From Mobula hypostoma (Eukaryota): a stretch of 64,000 nucleotides of DNA. The notes under the pieces are model-generated. The model had not been told where the DNA came from, did not search any database, and saw only the letters and a list, made by a program, of their open reading frames with translations. Shown here in pieces: positions 62,905 through 64,000 of this stretch. The DNA lies in assembly GCF_963921235.1 (NCBI RefSeq), contig NC_086097.1, forward strand, positions 122,266,001 through 122,330,000, written 5' to 3'. A program made the position numbers and the translations under genes. How positions within the stretch are numbered: the first letter of the stretch is position 1; the number at the start of each line of letters is the position of its first letter.

Positions 62905-64000
62905 GGGAGAGTTAACCCTTGTTACTGATCATCGATCACTAGTGTCCATTTTCAATTCACAGAAGGGTGTCCCAGACATTCCACCCTGCAAAAACTCATT
63001 TCAGGGAGGTAGCACCATCAATTTGCGGGAGACTTCCGGGAGAGGTGGGATGTCTGCAATAGAGTAGCTCCTTACCAGCCAGCCAGCTAGTTTAAATAAC
63101 GTTAGCTATGCTAATGAACGAATGACACCTGATAAACTCACCTCAACATGTCTTTTACAGTCTTAACCCACCATGGGCAATAGAAAAGTCACTGTTGCAA
63201 ACAGTGCAGTGAGCAACACTGTCATTATTTTTGACCCCTATTAGGCAGGGATACACTTTAGTGTAGTCTGGGGTGACGTACGTTTTATATTTTTTTTGGA
63301 ACACTCTGCCATGGCACGCTCTCACTCGCGCTCTCTCTCTTTCTCTCTCTCTCGTGGTCGCTTGCGCGCTCTCAAGCACTCTCACTTGTTTTCTCTCTCG
63401 CTCGCTCTCTCTCCCTCTCATGCTTGCTTTTGCTCTTGCTCGCTCTCTCTCTCTCGTGCGCGCTCTCTCTCTCTCGTGGTCGCTCTCGCGCTCTCTCTTG
63501 CTTTTCTCTCGCTCGCTCTCAAAAAAATTGATTTCCGTGATATTGTATATAATTTGCGGGCATCAGGGAGCCACTATTAATATGCAGGAGACTCCCATAA
63601 GTTCCGGGAGAGGTGGGATGTCAGGTCTCCCCCTAACAGCATCGGCTCAAATGCAGAGGTGGGCTCTGTTTCTTGGAGGACACAATTACAAGATCGAATT
63701 CAATAGGACAACTCTTGAATTATGGAAATACTGATGGATTGCCCTATTTATCCTTGGAAAAGGAAATACCTCAAAAATTTGAAAAAGAGGACACTCCTTT
63801 TGATGTATTCTTCCCAATGCAAATTGAAAGTCACCCTATTATGGTAGTGATGATCCAAAGGGAAACCAGAAAAGATCCCACACTGTCTCAGGTCCACATG
63901 GCAAACCAAAATGGCCAGAATGTGTAGCAGAAATCTCAGTTCACTCGTTTTTATCAGGGGTAGGATAAATTTGCTTTTCACAAGGGTTGCCTTATGTGGG
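62905..64000 (+). mobile_element. Gypsy LTR-retrotransposon pol fragment (RNase H to integrase linker), decayed, runs off the window end
   Basis: LVTDHRSLVSIFNSQKGV|PLTASAQMQRWALFLGGHNYKIEF, GNTDGL, IQRETRKDPTLSQV, GCLMW. Confidence 0.88.
62973..63624 (-). mobile_element. hAT-like 6-bp-TSD element, copy 4, inserted in Gypsy pol
   Basis: TIRs CAGACATTCCACC / GGTGGGATGTCAG; TSD GTGTCC / GTCTCC (5 of 6); Gypsy frame rejoins after removing the element and one TSD. Confidence 0.92.

Larger units (their letters stand above)
58320..62905 (+). mobile_element. Long decayed CR1 LINE (ORF1 esterase + ORF2) with three nested insertions; 3' end lost
   Basis: REYRELGRKLKSRTSSVVLSELLPVPRA..FRFLDY; FTESWL; VPEDWKFANV..NYKPVSLTSVVGKILE; SQHGFLKGKNSLTN..YLDFQEAFDK. 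Confidence 0.9.

Noticed and set aside
1..64000. Prokaryotic or viral operon, defence system or retron
   Set aside because: No long intact ORFs or gene-dense organisation; every RT and nuclease motif seen belongs to a eukaryotic retroelement

Overview
Repeat-dense eukaryotic, non-coding DNA (intergenic or deep intronic). It is not prokaryotic, and no host protein-coding gene is recognisable. The repeat mix (CR1 LINEs with esterase ORF1, Rex1/Babar, Penelope-like elements with hammerhead motifs, tRNA-head SINEs, Tc1, Tigger, hAT, piggyBac, L1/Tx1, Gypsy) suggests a vertebrate, probably a cartilaginous fish (inference). Most ORF-track entries are decayed TE fragments or low-complexity artefacts. 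Most notable: (1) four copies of a non-autonomous hAT-like family with 6-bp TSDs, one retaining a promoter and an intron-split zinc-finger transposase stub; (2) a young Penelope insertion with 171-bp inverted arms, an intact minimal hammerhead ribozyme core and an open GIY-YIG domain; (3) a hAT element with two same-type ends enclosing retroelement cargo; (4) a 5x69-bp tandem amplification of a SINE B-box; (5) multi-level nested insertions with readable TSDs. Family names come from motif recognition, not database searches. Boundaries without a stated TIR/TSD are approximate.
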